NCBI GenBank assembly: GCA_963803705.1
Contig: CAWDNU010000001.1
Coordinates: forward strand, 288,001 to 352,000
Length of the DNA stretch: 64,000 nt
From: an uncultured Pseudobdellovibrionaceae bacterium
GTDB lineage: Bacteria > Bdellovibrionota > Bdellovibrionia > Bdellovibrionales > UBA1609
Direction: 5' to 3'
Each line of letters opens with the position of its first letter. The first letter of the stretch is position 1. The translations under genes and the position numbers were made by a program. This document shows positions 9,825-19,826 of this stretch, one piece after another. The notes below the pieces were generated by a model. It saw only the letters and a program-made list of their open reading frames with translations. It did not search any database and was not told where the DNA came from.

Positions 9825-10543
9825 ACGAACCTTCTTGTATAAAGTTTAGGAATTTCATAGTTCGGAAATTTAGATTTTAGCTGACTAAGATATTTAGCAT
9901 AAACGTCTTCTTCATTTAGACGCTTTGCAGAGTAAGCTGCTCCGGCAAGAGCCTCTTTGGTCAGGTCAGAATTGGGATTGTTGGCAATAAATGATTTGAA
10001 CCGTTTAAGCGCCGCTAAGGGGTGATTGTATTTAAAGTAGAATTTAGCGATGTAGAGTTCTTTCTTTTTTAACTTATCTCTGATAATAGCTCTGAATTTA
10101 ACGGCATCTTTGTTATAAATAGAATCAGGGAACTCTTCGATTAACTTTGAAAAGACCGTAATTGCATCTTTAGCTGAAGAGAGGTCCCTATCATGGCCCT
10201 TTGGAAGTTGCTTATAGAGAGATTCTGCCATTTTAAATAGAACATAATCTTTTTTTTCATCGTTAGGGTGAAGTTCTAGGTAGGCTTGGTACGTATATTG
10301 AGCTTGAATATAATTTTTAGCTTCAAAGTGGATGTCGGCAATTTTCAATCGCGCCATCTTAGCAAAATTACTGTAGGGATGCTTCGTCTTAACTTGCTCT
10401 AAAGTAGCGATGGCCTCGTCGTATCTATAGGCTTTTTGAAATTTGATGGCTTCATCATAAAGATTTTCTGCTGGATTCGCACTTTTACCAAAAGCAAAGT
10501 TGGTGATGATAAAGAGAGTTAAAACTGAAACCACGAATCTCAT
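9809..10543 (-). CDS. bamD: Outer membrane assembly factor BamD-like TPR protein
   Basis: HPYSNFAKMARLKIAD, YLELHP, DRDLSSAKDA...FPDSIY, KELYIAKFY; likely start MRFVV at 10543. Confidence 0.85.
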   Translation of the reverse strand: MRFVVSVLTLFIITNFAFGKSANPAENLYDEAIKFQKAYRYDEAIATLEQVKTKHPYSNFAKMARLKIADIHFEAKNYIQAQYTYQAYLELHPNDEKKDYVLFKMAESLYKQLPKGHDRDLSSAKDAITVFSKLIEEFPDSIYNKDAVKFRAIIRDKLKKKELYIAKFYFKYNHPLAALKRFKSFIANNPNSDLTKEALAGAAYSAKRLNEEDVYAKYLSQLKSKFPNYEIPKLYTRRFVWTSL

Positions 10544-10568
10544 ATTTCGAAGTTTAAATCGAGGAGTC

Positions 10569-11369
10569 TTAAGGGTCAATCTTGCCTCTATGAACAATGT
10601 ATGAATCTGGTTTGATCCAGCCAAAAGGGATTTCTGAGCAGGAGACTCCTAACCACCTCTTGTTGCTCGTAGTAGTTTTAATCACTTCGAATGCATCTCC
10701 GATATTCAAAGCTCCTAGTTGGGCAGCATCAGTGGAGTCAGCAGAGTAAATAACTATCTCTTTATTGCCTGTTAAAGTCGCAAATTTTTGATTTTGAATT
10801 TGATTCTGCAAGTAGAGCAGGCCTACCGGGATAGACGATAATATTAAGTAAAGTAAATAAATCTTAAAAAATTGCCAAAAACTAAGATTAATTTGATTTT
10901 GACGCAATATATTGTAAGTTCCACACGCCAGAGGAAAAATAAACAAAGCTATAAAAATCCACTTTGGCAACCAGTTCAAAAGAACTACGAAATAGTTTTC
11001 CGATTCAACTCTATAAAAGTTTTGAGTTTCTACCGTGCGTTTCACAAGCTGAAGAGTTCTGTATGTTTTATAGGACAAGGGATTCAAGGCTTGGGATCTT
11101 CTAAAATGACCCAAAGCAGACCCATAATCTTTCAGCTTAAATTCTGTTAAAGCTAGATTATAGAGCACTTCAGTAGAGCTCGAGTATTTTTTGGATTGCA
11201 GCAGTGTATGCCAGGCAACTAAAGATTCTGAATAGTTTTTTGAATCGTAATGCTCTAAGCCAGATTTTAAAATTTTGTCATAATCTTCCAAAGCCAGTGT
11301 GGCAAAGCTCCACAGACAGACTTGAAGTAAAATTAAGAAACGGATTGACGAAAAAAAAACTCTTTGCAC
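10569..11369 (-). CDS. BatE-like TPR / transmembrane / SH3-like protein
   Basis: Signal peptide, YNLAL...G.ALGHFRRSQALNP TPR, two TM segments, C-terminal W...GWI SH3-like motif. Confidence 0.65.
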   Translation of the reverse strand: MQRVFFSSIRFLILLQVCLWSFATLALEDYDKILKSGLEHYDSKNYSESLVAWHTLLQSKKYSSSTEVLYNLALTEFKLKDYGSALGHFRRSQALNPLSYKTYRTLQLVKRTVETQNFYRVESENYFVVLLNWLPKWIFIALFIFPLACGTYNILRQNQINLSFWQFFKIYLLYLILSSIPVGLLYLQNQIQNQKFATLTGNKEIVIYSADSTDAAQLGALNIGDAFEVIKTTTSNKRWLGVSCSEIPFGWIKPDSYIVHRGKIDP

Positions 11370-11460
11370 TTCTTATCACTGCTCCTTTGTTTTATATTAG
11401 CAATAAAACTGGCAAAAACGCACGAATGACTCGATGGGCTTTTGTTAGAAAGGAAAGGTT

Positions 11461-12834
11461 ATGGCGTCTACTGATATAATTTCTAGTTCAAATTCTCAAT
11501 CCGCATTCGAAACTTTGATATCGAACACTTTAAAAGAGTAGCGAACACTTGAATTGCGTCAAACCAGCGGATCCCTCAAAGGCTGAGGATAGCAAAAAGA
11601 TGTTTAAGCACTATGGCAAGCTTCGCGGTAGAGACTTATTTTTTGATTATATTGGAACTGGTCGAGGTCATGGGCCTTATGTTGAACTAATTGATGGAAG
11701 TGTAAAATTGGATTTCATCAATGGGATTGGCGTCAACGTTTTAGGACATTCCCACCCTGATGTTCTAAAAGCAAGCGTCTGTGGAGCGTTGTCTGATATC
11801 GTTATGCAAGGCAACCTTCAGCCAAATTCGGAATACGGTGAAGCCCTAGATAAACTAGTGGAGATTGGCTCCCGCCAAAGTCAATTAAAGTATGCTTGGC
11901 TGACAACTTGCGGAGCTATGGCTGGTGAAAATGCTTTAAAAATGGCTAGGCAAAAAACTAATGGCGCACGTAAAATTATAGCAATGGAAAATGCATTTGC
12001 TGGTAGAAGCACTATGATGGCTGAAATCACTGACAACCCAGCTTTTAGACAAGGCTTACCTGTTTATAATGAAGTTTTAAGAATTCCTTTCTACGATAAA
12101 AATGACCCAGAAAGCTCTAAGAAAGCATTAGTTCAAATGAAAAACATCTTCAGGAAAATAAAGATGATGTTTGCGTTTTTTGCTTTGAGCCTATGCAAGG
12201 AGAAGGTGGCTATAATGTTGCACCTCGCGAGTATTTTATTCCTCTTTTTAAGGCTTGTCGCAAAGCAGGTGTACCTATCTGGTTTGATGAAGTTCAAACT
12301 TTTTGTCGAACTGGAGAGTTTTTTACTTTCCAAACAATGGATTTAGGAGAGTATGTTGATTTAGCCACCGTTGCTAAGAGCCTTCAAGGGGCGGCAACTT
12401 TATACACCGAGGAATTAAATCCCCAAGCAGGGTTAGTGTCTGGCACTTTTGCCGGCTCTTCTTCTGCTCTTGCTAGTGCAAAAGCAGTTATGGACATTTT
12501 GGATGACGGCACTTATATGGGCCCAGAGGGTAAAATACAAAAAATTCATAACGAATTTAAAGAGATGCTGAATTCTTTAAATTCGACTGGGCCCACTAAA
12601 GGTTTACTAAGAGATGCAGACGGAATGGGTCTGATGATAGGTGTTGTTCCTTTAGATGGAACTAAAGAAAAAATGCTACAGCTGACAAAAAAATTATTTG
12701 ATAATGGATTGATTTGCTTTGGTTGCGGCCGCGGTCCCTTCAAACTTAGATTTTTGTTACCTGCCATCTTAACGAAAACACATATTGAGGAAGCAAAAAA
12801 AATTCTAAATAAATCTATACAAGAGTGTTTATGA
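11461..12834 (+). CDS. Class III aminotransferase (AstC/ArgD-like), split by two frameshifts (about 11535 and 12140)
   Basis: ATG 11461 after AAGGAAAGG; GIGVNVLGHSHP, AGENALKMAR, FAGRS, (EP)MQGEGG, DEVQT, VAKSL motifs distributed over ORFs 11549-12346 and 12193-12834. Confidence 0.8.
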
Positions 12835-14174
12835 TTCAGAAATCTATGATGGAGCTTTGTAAAGAGGCTCTATCAATTGATAGTTCTATTGTAAATGGAA
12901 CCACGGAATATACGGCTTTTCTAAAAGATCTGTCTGAAGCTGCAGGCTTAGATTTCGATGTTAAACATTATTTATTTAGAGATTTAGGCTTTCAGAATAT
13001 TTTAATTTCGAAGAATCAAGATCGCAGTAAAATAAAATATCTTTTCGTAAACCCCCTGGACACTGAAGCCCCAGGTCCATTTAGAGCGTGGACAGAAACT
13101 GATCAAGACCCATTTGATATAACTGTCAAAAGCGGTCGAATATATGGATTAGGTGCAAATTGCGGAAAGTTAAATACAGTTTTACTTCTTAAGGCACTGT
13201 CCGAACTTCCAGATGTTAAAAAGGATAAATTTGCTCTATTAGGAACCTACGGCCGAGAAGTTAGAGCTCATGGAGCTTTACGTTTTCTAAAAGAAAAGAA
13301 TGTTTCGCCGCTGAATGTGCTTGTCGGTTTTCCGACATCTAACCAAATCGTACACGCTCAGGCTGGTCGAATACGAATGAGAATTAATTTTCCGTTCACT
13401 GAAGCGGAAAAAAAAATAAGAGCTAGTCACGACGAAGTTGAACACAGTAGCTCTGAAAGTCAGTATTTTCATTCTAAAGCAGAGTCTAAAACCTTAAGTA
13501 GCGATAAAGTCTTCGGTCGGAAAAATGCGATTGTAGAGGCTCTGTACTTTATAGAAAATTTACCTGAACATTTGTTGGTGTTAGATTTTGCAGGTGGCAA
13601 AGACTTATATTCAGATCCTAGAAGCTGTCTTTTCGAGTTTGATTTAGGCAAAAGCATAGATATCCAGATGGGTTCAAAACTTAAAAGTTTTTTTAATTCC
13701 ATGCTCTCCTTAACCAAAGAGTTCCAAAAATATACTAATACTGATTTTTCTCCTGAACATCCACTACTTCACTTGGGTAGGGTTGTGTGTGATCTCGAAG
13801 GGGTAGAGTTTTGGGGCGAGTGTATTTTTCCGCCAGGGATCCCAGAAATTGTGTCGGATGCTTGGATTGAAAAACTTCGTGAAGAGATTAGTTCTGTCGG
13901 CGGATCTTCAAAATTACTGTCTCAGAGGTGGCCTTATGTCTACAATGGTACAGAGTCTTTCCTGACCCAAGTTCTAGAGTTCAACAACACTGACTCACCG
14001 AAGTCTCTTTCTTACACCTCAGAAGCGGACCTTTTTGATTTAGTGGGTTTTAAATCCTTAATTTTTGGTCCAGGTGATTTCGATCACATGTTTAAACCCA
14101 ATGAATCGATTAGTCTAAATAGTTTGGAAAAAGCACTGGATTTCTATAAGAATGTTTTAGTTAATTTAGACTAG
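12825..14174 (+). CDS. M20/ArgE-DapE family hydrolase-like protein with degenerate metal ligands
   Basis: W...DPF......GRIYGLGA, FGPG....KPNESI; PLDT replaces HxDT. Confidence 0.7.
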   Translation: MFMIQKSMMELCKEALSIDSSIVNGTTEYTAFLKDLSEAAGLDFDVKHYLFRDLGFQNILISKNQDRSKIKYLFVNPLDTEAPGPFRAWTETDQDPFDITVKSGRIYGLGANCGKLNTVLLLKALSELPDVKKDKFALLGTYGREVRAHGALRFLKEKNVSPLNVLVGFPTSNQIVHAQAGRIRMRINFPFTEAEKKIRASHDEVEHSSSESQYFHSKAESKTLSSDKVFGRKNAIVEALYFIENLPEHLLVLDFAGGKDLYSDPRSCLFEFDLGKSIDIQMGSKLKSFFNSMLSLTKEFQKYTNTDFSPEHPLLHLGRVVCDLEGVEFWGECIFPPGIPEIVSDAWIEKLREEISSVGGSSKLLSQRWPYVYNGTESFLTQVLEFNNTDSPKSLSYTSEADLFDLVGFKSLIFGPGDFDHMFKPNESISLNSLEKALDFYKNVLVNLD

Positions 14175-14295
14175 TTATCAAATATCTACCTACATTTTGT
14201 AGTTTGAAACCCTATTAGGGTCAGGCAGGACTGTGGACGCGCCCGGAGCCTTGTCACTTCAAGCAAATTTGACAATAATAATTTAGAGGTTTTCT

Positions 14296-15795
14296 ATGGA
14301 AAAATTAAATTATAAAGGCAGTTTCATCAATAATAAATTCCAGATCCCAGAGCAAGTGGATGAATCATGGGGTTTAAAAAGCCCAGCGGATTTCAAGGAT
14401 GAGCTTTTCGACACAACGATCTGTTTTAGTGATGTTGATAAAGCTTGCGAGGCGGCAAAGCTAGCTTCAAAGAGCTGGTCAAAATTGACAGTGGATGACC
14501 GAATTACATATTTAAAAAAATTGGAATCAACATACCTAGAACACAAAAATGAAATAGCACATATTATTAGTAGGGAAACAGGTAAACCAACTTGGGAAGC
14601 CCTTACTGAAGCCGGTGCTTTAGCGGGAAAAATAAAAATTACCATTGAGCACTCGATTGATCTAATTAAAGACGTGCGAATTGGAAATGCACTTCCTAAC
14701 GTAGATGGAGTTATTAGATATAAGCCAAAAGGCGTTTTGGCAGTATTGGGACCATTTAATTTTCCTGCCCACCTGCCAAACGGCCATTTTATTCCGGCGC
14801 TATTAGCGGGTAATACTATTGTCTTTAAGCCATCCGAAAAAACGCCAGCAGTTGGACAGGTGCTAGCCGAGATGTTCAAAAAAGCTGATTTTCCTGCTGG
14901 GGTTTTCAATCTAATTCAGGGCCAAGCTGAAACCGGAAAGCGATTGGCGAAGCATAACTTGGTGGATGGCGTTTTATTTACAGGATCATACGATGTTGGT
15001 TTAAAAATAAAAAAAGATACGATAGAACATTATTGGAAAAATTTAGCATTAGAGATGGGAGGCAAGAATGCTTCGATTATCTGGAGTGACGCAAATTTAG
15101 ATAAAGCAGTTTATGAAACAGTTTTAGGTGCGTATTTGACGGCAGGACAAAGATGCTCTTGCACAAGTAGGCTATTCCTACACAAAGACGTCTATCAAGC
15201 ATTCCTGGATAAATTTAAAAAAGTTTCCACAAGCTTGAAGATAGGCCATTGGGACGAGGAAAATTTTATGGGCCCACTAATAACTGAGGATTCAATGCAA
15301 AGATTTTTAAGATTTCAAGACATAGCAAAAAGAGAAGATGCTGAAGCATTCCTGGAAGGAAAAGCTTTAGAGTTAAAGAGGAAAGGTTATTATGTCCAAC
15401 CAAGTGCACATTTAGTTAAAAAATTCGACGCTGATAGCGTCTACCAAAAATCTGAAATATTTGGCCCCGATGTTGCGATCTACCAGATTGATGAACTAGA
15501 AGATACTTTCGAAAAAGTAAACAGTTCAAGCTACGGCTTGGTTGCTTCCATCTTTACTAAAGATGAAAAAATTTTTGATAAGGCGTTAGCTCAGTTGGAC
15601 GTTGGTCTTTTAAACTGGAACAGAACTACCAATGGTGCAAGCTCGAAGCTTCCATTCGGAGGCACAAAAAAATCTGGTAATGGAATGCCGTCAGCTCATT
15701 TCGCATTGTATTACTGCACAACCCCCATTGCCTCGCTAGAAGACAAGACTGAATTTGACCAAAGCAAGCTTATGCCTGGAATGAGTTGGTTTTAG
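14296..15795 (+). CDS. astD: Succinylglutamate-semialdehyde dehydrogenase-like aldehyde dehydrogenase
   Basis: GPFNFPAHLPNGH, FKPSEKTP, LALEMGGKN, AGQRCSCT, EIFGP, TTNGASSKLPFGG. Confidence 0.85.
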   Translation: MEKLNYKGSFINNKFQIPEQVDESWGLKSPADFKDELFDTTICFSDVDKACEAAKLASKSWSKLTVDDRITYLKKLESTYLEHKNEIAHIISRETGKPTWEALTEAGALAGKIKITIEHSIDLIKDVRIGNALPNVDGVIRYKPKGVLAVLGPFNFPAHLPNGHFIPALLAGNTIVFKPSEKTPAVGQVLAEMFKKADFPAGVFNLIQGQAETGKRLAKHNLVDGVLFTGSYDVGLKIKKDTIEHYWKNLALEMGGKNASIIWSDANLDKAVYETVLGAYLTAGQRCSCTSRLFLHKDVYQAFLDKFKKVSTSLKIGHWDEENFMGPLITEDSMQRFLRFQDIAKREDAEAFLEGKALELKRKGYYVQPSAHLVKKFDADSVYQKSEIFGPDVAIYQIDELEDTFEKVNSSSYGLVASIFTKDEKIFDKALAQLDVGLLNWNRTTNGASSKLPFGGTKKSGNGMPSAHFALYYCTTPIASLEDKTEFDQSKLMPGMSWF

Positions 15796-16836
15796 ATGAA
15801 GTCGATAATAAGTTTAATAGTGATTGGATTTGCGGTGGTTGTGTTGTCATTATTTACTTTAAATTTGCAACTTTCGACTGAACTTAATTTTAATAAAGAA
15901 CTTGTGTTTGAAGTTGAAAGCGGTGAAGGTTTTAATCAAGTTCTTTCAAGGCTTAGCAGGATGGTTCCAGGCTTTCCAGTTAAAGCTTCAAAAATGTACT
16001 TAAAACTTACTAAAAAAGAAGATCTACTGAAAGTTAGTGAATATGAAATCCCTGAGAACAGTACAGCCTATGAAATTTTAAACTATTTGGTGAAGGGCCA
16101 AGTTGTAGAAAAGAGAGTAACTATTCAAGAGGGATTTAATATATATCAAATAGCCCAGCTTATGGAATCCAAAGGCCTGTGTTCCGCAAAAGATTTTATT
16201 GAGAAAACCAGAGACCTTAAGTTTATATCAGATCAGTTAGGTTATGAGATACCGACTTTAGAGGGCTATTTATTTCCAGACACCTACAGGCTTCCAAAGA
16301 AATGGACTGCTGAACAATATATAGAAGTTTTTTTACGAAGACATCTAAAGGTTTGGAAAAGCATCGAGGATAAATATTCTCACGGAATGTCACACCACCA
16401 GGTCGTTATTCTAGCCAGTATGATTGAAAAGGAAACAGGGGCAGGCTTTGAACGTCCTATGATTAGTTCTGTTTTTCAAAACAGATTAAAAAAATCCATG
16501 AGATTACAAAGCGATCCGACCACGATTTACGGAGTTTGGGTTAAAACTGGCAAGATGTTGAAAAATATTACTCGTAAAGACTTACAGACTTCGACTCCAT
16601 ACAATACTTACACAGTAACTGGGCTTCCATTCGGTCCTATAGCTAATCCAGGCAAGGCGGCTTTAATTGCAGCTATAGTACCGGCTAGAAGCAAAAATTA
16701 TTATTTTGTCAGTAAAAATGATGGCACACATAAATTTTCTAGAACTTATCATGAACATTTGGCCGCTGTTCGAAAATTTCAATTAGATCCTAAAGCAAGA
16801 GAAGGCAAGTCTTGGCGAGATTTAAAAAAAGATTAA
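15796..16836 (+). CDS. mltG: Endolytic transglycosylase MltG
   Basis: LEGYLFPDTY, LASMIEKET, MRLQSDPT, PYNTY...GLPFGPIANPG. Confidence 0.95.
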   Translation: MKSIISLIVIGFAVVVLSLFTLNLQLSTELNFNKELVFEVESGEGFNQVLSRLSRMVPGFPVKASKMYLKLTKKEDLLKVSEYEIPENSTAYEILNYLVKGQVVEKRVTIQEGFNIYQIAQLMESKGLCSAKDFIEKTRDLKFISDQLGYEIPTLEGYLFPDTYRLPKKWTAEQYIEVFLRRHLKVWKSIEDKYSHGMSHHQVVILASMIEKETGAGFERPMISSVFQNRLKKSMRLQSDPTTIYGVWVKTGKMLKNITRKDLQTSTPYNTYTVTGLPFGPIANPGKAALIAAIVPARSKNYYFVSKNDGTHKFSRTYHEHLAAVRKFQLDPKAREGKSWRDLKKD

Positions 16837-16886
16837 ACTTAAGCGAGGTCTATAAATAGTTTTAGCTCTGAGTGTGGCCCCAATAT

Positions 16887-16927
16887 GAGATGTGGTCGCC
16901 AGTACAAAACTATTGGTTCCACATCTC
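16887..16927. terminator. Hairpin between convergent genes
   Basis: GAGATGTGG...CCACATCTC inverted repeat. Confidence 0.45.
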
Positions 16928-16971
16928 GTTCAGTGACTGTTTGCGAAAGAAATTAGACCATTAACTTAATT

Positions 16972-17988
16972 CTAATCGTGTTCTGCCATTAAAATTTTAA
17001 AATAGTGGGCGTTGAACACATTGTTAGCCGGGGCTTCAGATGGAATGAAAGTAAAGAGTCGCGAAGCACCTATATCGATCGTTGGCGCAGAAGCATTTTT
17101 TTGGCCAGAGGCTCTATTCATAATATTAGACTCGATTAAATTAGCTCCAAAGTATCCAATGTTCTCGGCCGTGATTCTAAGACCACTTGGCATATCTCTA
17201 TCGGACATAATTTTTAAATGCGAATTGTAAAAAATTATATTTTTTGCTTCTAACTTCAAAGTTCTATTTAAAATATTAATTTCGCCACATACAATTAAAG
17301 TTTCAGCCGCAAAAAGATCATTGTTCTCATTGAACAGTCCAGTTCCCGCTGGCCACGTATACCTAGATGAAGAGACTACTTTTTCTTTTTGGTATTTCGG
17401 CCACGGTGGTGTACTTAATCTTTCAAATTTTTCAGCAGAAAAACTATCGCATAAGCCTGGATCTTTGCTGCTTAATTCTGGAAGCCCCAGCTTACCTTGT
17501 GAGACAATTACGGGTCTTACTGGTTTTTCTAAATTTACGTTTAAACCATCGACCAGCTGTCTGTAAGGATTTAGTGTTTCTGAAAATTTATGAAAGTCAC
17601 TTTCGGACTGTTTTATCATTTGATCAGGGTCTAAAGCGAAACTTATTACTTCAAGATCTGGGTTTATTTGATACTGGTCAATATTTTGATCGTAGTCAAA
17701 AAGTTTACCACGTAGTATTAATTTTCCACTTTTAAATAGAAAATCTTCAATAAGTCTATCTGCTTGATTTAGCGAACAGTCCACATTGCTCATACACACA
17801 TTCTTGTTCACTAAATCTAATTCTAAATACTGATCATCATCTGACAGTGGGAACTCTTCGTCACCACTGAAAAAATCAGAATTGTCAGTATTAGCTAAAT
17901 TTTGACCCTTGTTTGGAACTTCATCTTCAAAGCATGAAGATAGAAATATTGTAACAAAAATCAATACAGAAAATTTTTTTAAACTCAT
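16972..17988 (-). CDS. Hypothetical lipoprotein
   Basis: MSLKK + hydrophobic stretch + LSSC lipobox. Confidence 0.7.
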   Translation of the reverse strand: MSLKKFSVLIFVTIFLSSCFEDEVPNKGQNLANTDNSDFFSGDEEFPLSDDDQYLELDLVNKNVCMSNVDCSLNQADRLIEDFLFKSGKLILRGKLFDYDQNIDQYQINPDLEVISFALDPDQMIKQSESDFHKFSETLNPYRQLVDGLNVNLEKPVRPVIVSQGKLGLPELSSKDPGLCDSFSAEKFERLSTPPWPKYQKEKVVSSSRYTWPAGTGLFNENNDLFAAETLIVCGEINILNRTLKLEAKNIIFYNSHLKIMSDRDMPSGLRITAENIGYFGANLIESNIMNRASGQKNASAPTIDIGASRLFTFIPSEAPANNVFNAHYFKILMAEHD

Positions 17989-18020
17989 TGTTGGATCCTA
18001 TTTCAAGTTATTATTAAAAC

Positions 18021-19460
18021 CTACAGTTCGTAGTTAGTTTCACCATCAAGTCCTGCAGGTTGGTAATTTACGACTTTAAGTTTGTCATTGTAGGGCTCGT
18101 ACAGGTTATTATCGAAAATCACTTCATTTGTTTCGTTATTGTAGACGAAACCTTGCCCGTGACTTAACACTCTTTCCCATATTTGGGTTTCGATCTTCAT
18201 TTTATTCTGTGTTTTGTTAGAGCTTTTAACCAATTTCCAACGATTGTCTTCAGCAGCTTTACTGTTTTCTGAATTCATTATGTCTAAGTAGGTTTGCGCT
18301 TTTTCCACATCGGATATTTTTCTTTGTATCGCTATTTGTAGATTCAAAGGATTAAGTGGTTTTCGACTCAAAATAAATCTTTTTATCTCTACTTCATTTT
18401 GTACGCTTGTATTAACCTCTTGAAAAACTTTTTCTAATTTGTCACATAGTGAATAGGTAGGATTTCCTGATTCTTCAGCCACTTTGAAATATCTCATTCC
18501 AAAAGACATTACTTTTCCTGCATTGGGTATACTTTTAGATCGCTCTTGCTTAATATCTTTACAACTATAAGCTGCATCCTTACCAATCGCAGCTGGTGGT
18601 TGCATAATGACTGGTGCAAAAATATGTCCTCGCTGTCTTAATATTTCGTCTAAAGAATCTTTTTTGCCACGAGTTTCGTAGTTCAGTTCATTTTTGAAGA
18701 AATTCGAATATCTAGTAGTTGGAAACAATTCTATAGGTTGAGTTAAACCTCTGATTTTTTCTGGATACATACCTTCAAGATCGTCATAACCATTATCTGT
18801 TACTGGAAAAGCACCTAATCCCTTAAGCGCTTCATATGGCGAGTTTGTAACGTTTTGGTCGATGCATCTATTGAACACGTTTTCATCTGAAGGAAATTTA
18901 CCCAAATCTCTGGAGCAATCATCTTCATTAGTTACAATCAATGTTAACTTAACCGCGTTTGGATCTAGTCGTCCATTTTCTATAATTTTACTCCAAGTTT
19001 GTTTGGCAGCCTCTAACCCTCGTTCATCTCCGACTTCAGTGTCTGTAAGTGCTGTATTAACACAGTCACTTAAAGTTTTCTGTAATTCTGAAACAGATTT
19101 TATACTATCTGATTTGATGGCTATTATTTCACCGAAAGTGGTGCCAGTGTAACTTGTGGTTGAACAAAAAATTTCAAATACAAAACCAGTATTCAACAAC
19201 CCCTGGGTGAAACCTGGAAAATATTGAGTCATAGCTTGTTGGGTTTCAATCATTGATGCCGTTGGATCAGCCACAATAACCATCTGAAGTTTTTTAGGAT
19301 CTTCTTTGGTCATTGTAAAAGATTTTGTAGCAGGTAGTAAGGAAATAGAGGCGTCTCTATCTCCGCCAAGGCCAGAACTTTCTGGACAGCCAGTCAATAA
19401 CACCACAGATGTCATTATATATACTAAGGTTAAAATAAAACGTACCACGTAAACCTCCAC
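18021..19460 (-). CDS. vWA-like domain lipoprotein (CglB-like)
   Basis: LTGC lipobox; MVIVADPTASM (MIDAS-like), ERGLEAA, LIVTNEDDCS. Confidence 0.65.
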   Translation of the reverse strand: MEVYVVRFILTLVYIMTSVVLLTGCPESSGLGGDRDASISLLPATKSFTMTKEDPKKLQMVIVADPTASMIETQQAMTQYFPGFTQGLLNTGFVFEIFCSTTSYTGTTFGEIIAIKSDSIKSVSELQKTLSDCVNTALTDTEVGDERGLEAAKQTWSKIIENGRLDPNAVKLTLIVTNEDDCSRDLGKFPSDENVFNRCIDQNVTNSPYEALKGLGAFPVTDNGYDDLEGMYPEKIRGLTQPIELFPTTRYSNFFKNELNYETRGKKDSLDEILRQRGHIFAPVIMQPPAAIGKDAAYSCKDIKQERSKSIPNAGKVMSFGMRYFKVAEESGNPTYSLCDKLEKVFQEVNTSVQNEVEIKRFILSRKPLNPLNLQIAIQRKISDVEKAQTYLDIMNSENSKAAEDNRWKLVKSSNKTQNKMKIETQIWERVLSHGQGFVYNNETNEVIFDNNLYEPYNDKLKVVNYQPAGLDGETNYEL

Positions 19461-19491
19461 AGGTCGTTACTGTTTATTCTACCTTTACAAA

Positions 19492-19507
19492 TACAAGGTC
19501 TGTGCCA
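19492..19507 (-). promoter_or_regulatory. Putative sigma54 promoter for the vWA lipoprotein genes
   Basis: Minus strand TGGCACAGACCTTGTA; the -12 element deviates (GT for GC). Confidence 0.45.
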
Positions 19508-19563
19508 ACACAAACAAGGCTTCTCGATGAGATTTAATCCAGCTCAGACAAATTTATGTTTGG

Positions 19564-19661
19564 AACTGACAAAAATTGTCTATTGGTTAAGTATACTTTA
19601 CAAAAAAAGACTCACAAAAAACCTGATTCATTTACAGGTTCCAAAACTGACAAAAAATGTC
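19564..19661. promoter_or_regulatory. Two copies of a putative enhancer site (GACA-N5-TGTC)
   Basis: AACTGACAAAAATTGTC (19564-19580) and AACTGACAAAAAATGTC (19645-19661). Confidence 0.6.
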
Positions 19662-19767
19662 GTCTGAAAGACAAAAGTTCTGCATATAAGCTTATCAAGT
19701 GGACTAAGCAAAAACCATAAATAGTTGTAATCGTTGAAATTTGCTAACCAGGAGCACGAAAAATCTT

Positions 19768-19783
19768 TGGCATAAGGGTTGCT
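19768..19783 (+). promoter_or_regulatory. Sigma54 -24/-12 promoter for the Agl-Glt-like operon
   Basis: TGGCATAAGGGTTGCT, about 45 nt upstream of the ATG. Confidence 0.75.
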
Positions 19784-19826
19784 CTTAAGATTGCGACAGA
19801 AAGGTATTTAAAAAAAGGAGAAACTT

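Noticed and set aside
14310..14909. Long antisense ORFs (also 55132-55590, 61666-62307, 25239-25652)
   Set aside because: Shadow frames of well-supported genes on the opposite strand, with no recognisable motifs
19715..19742. IHF site between enhancer and sigma54 promoter
   Set aside because: Position is plausible but the match to WATCAANNNNTTR is only partial
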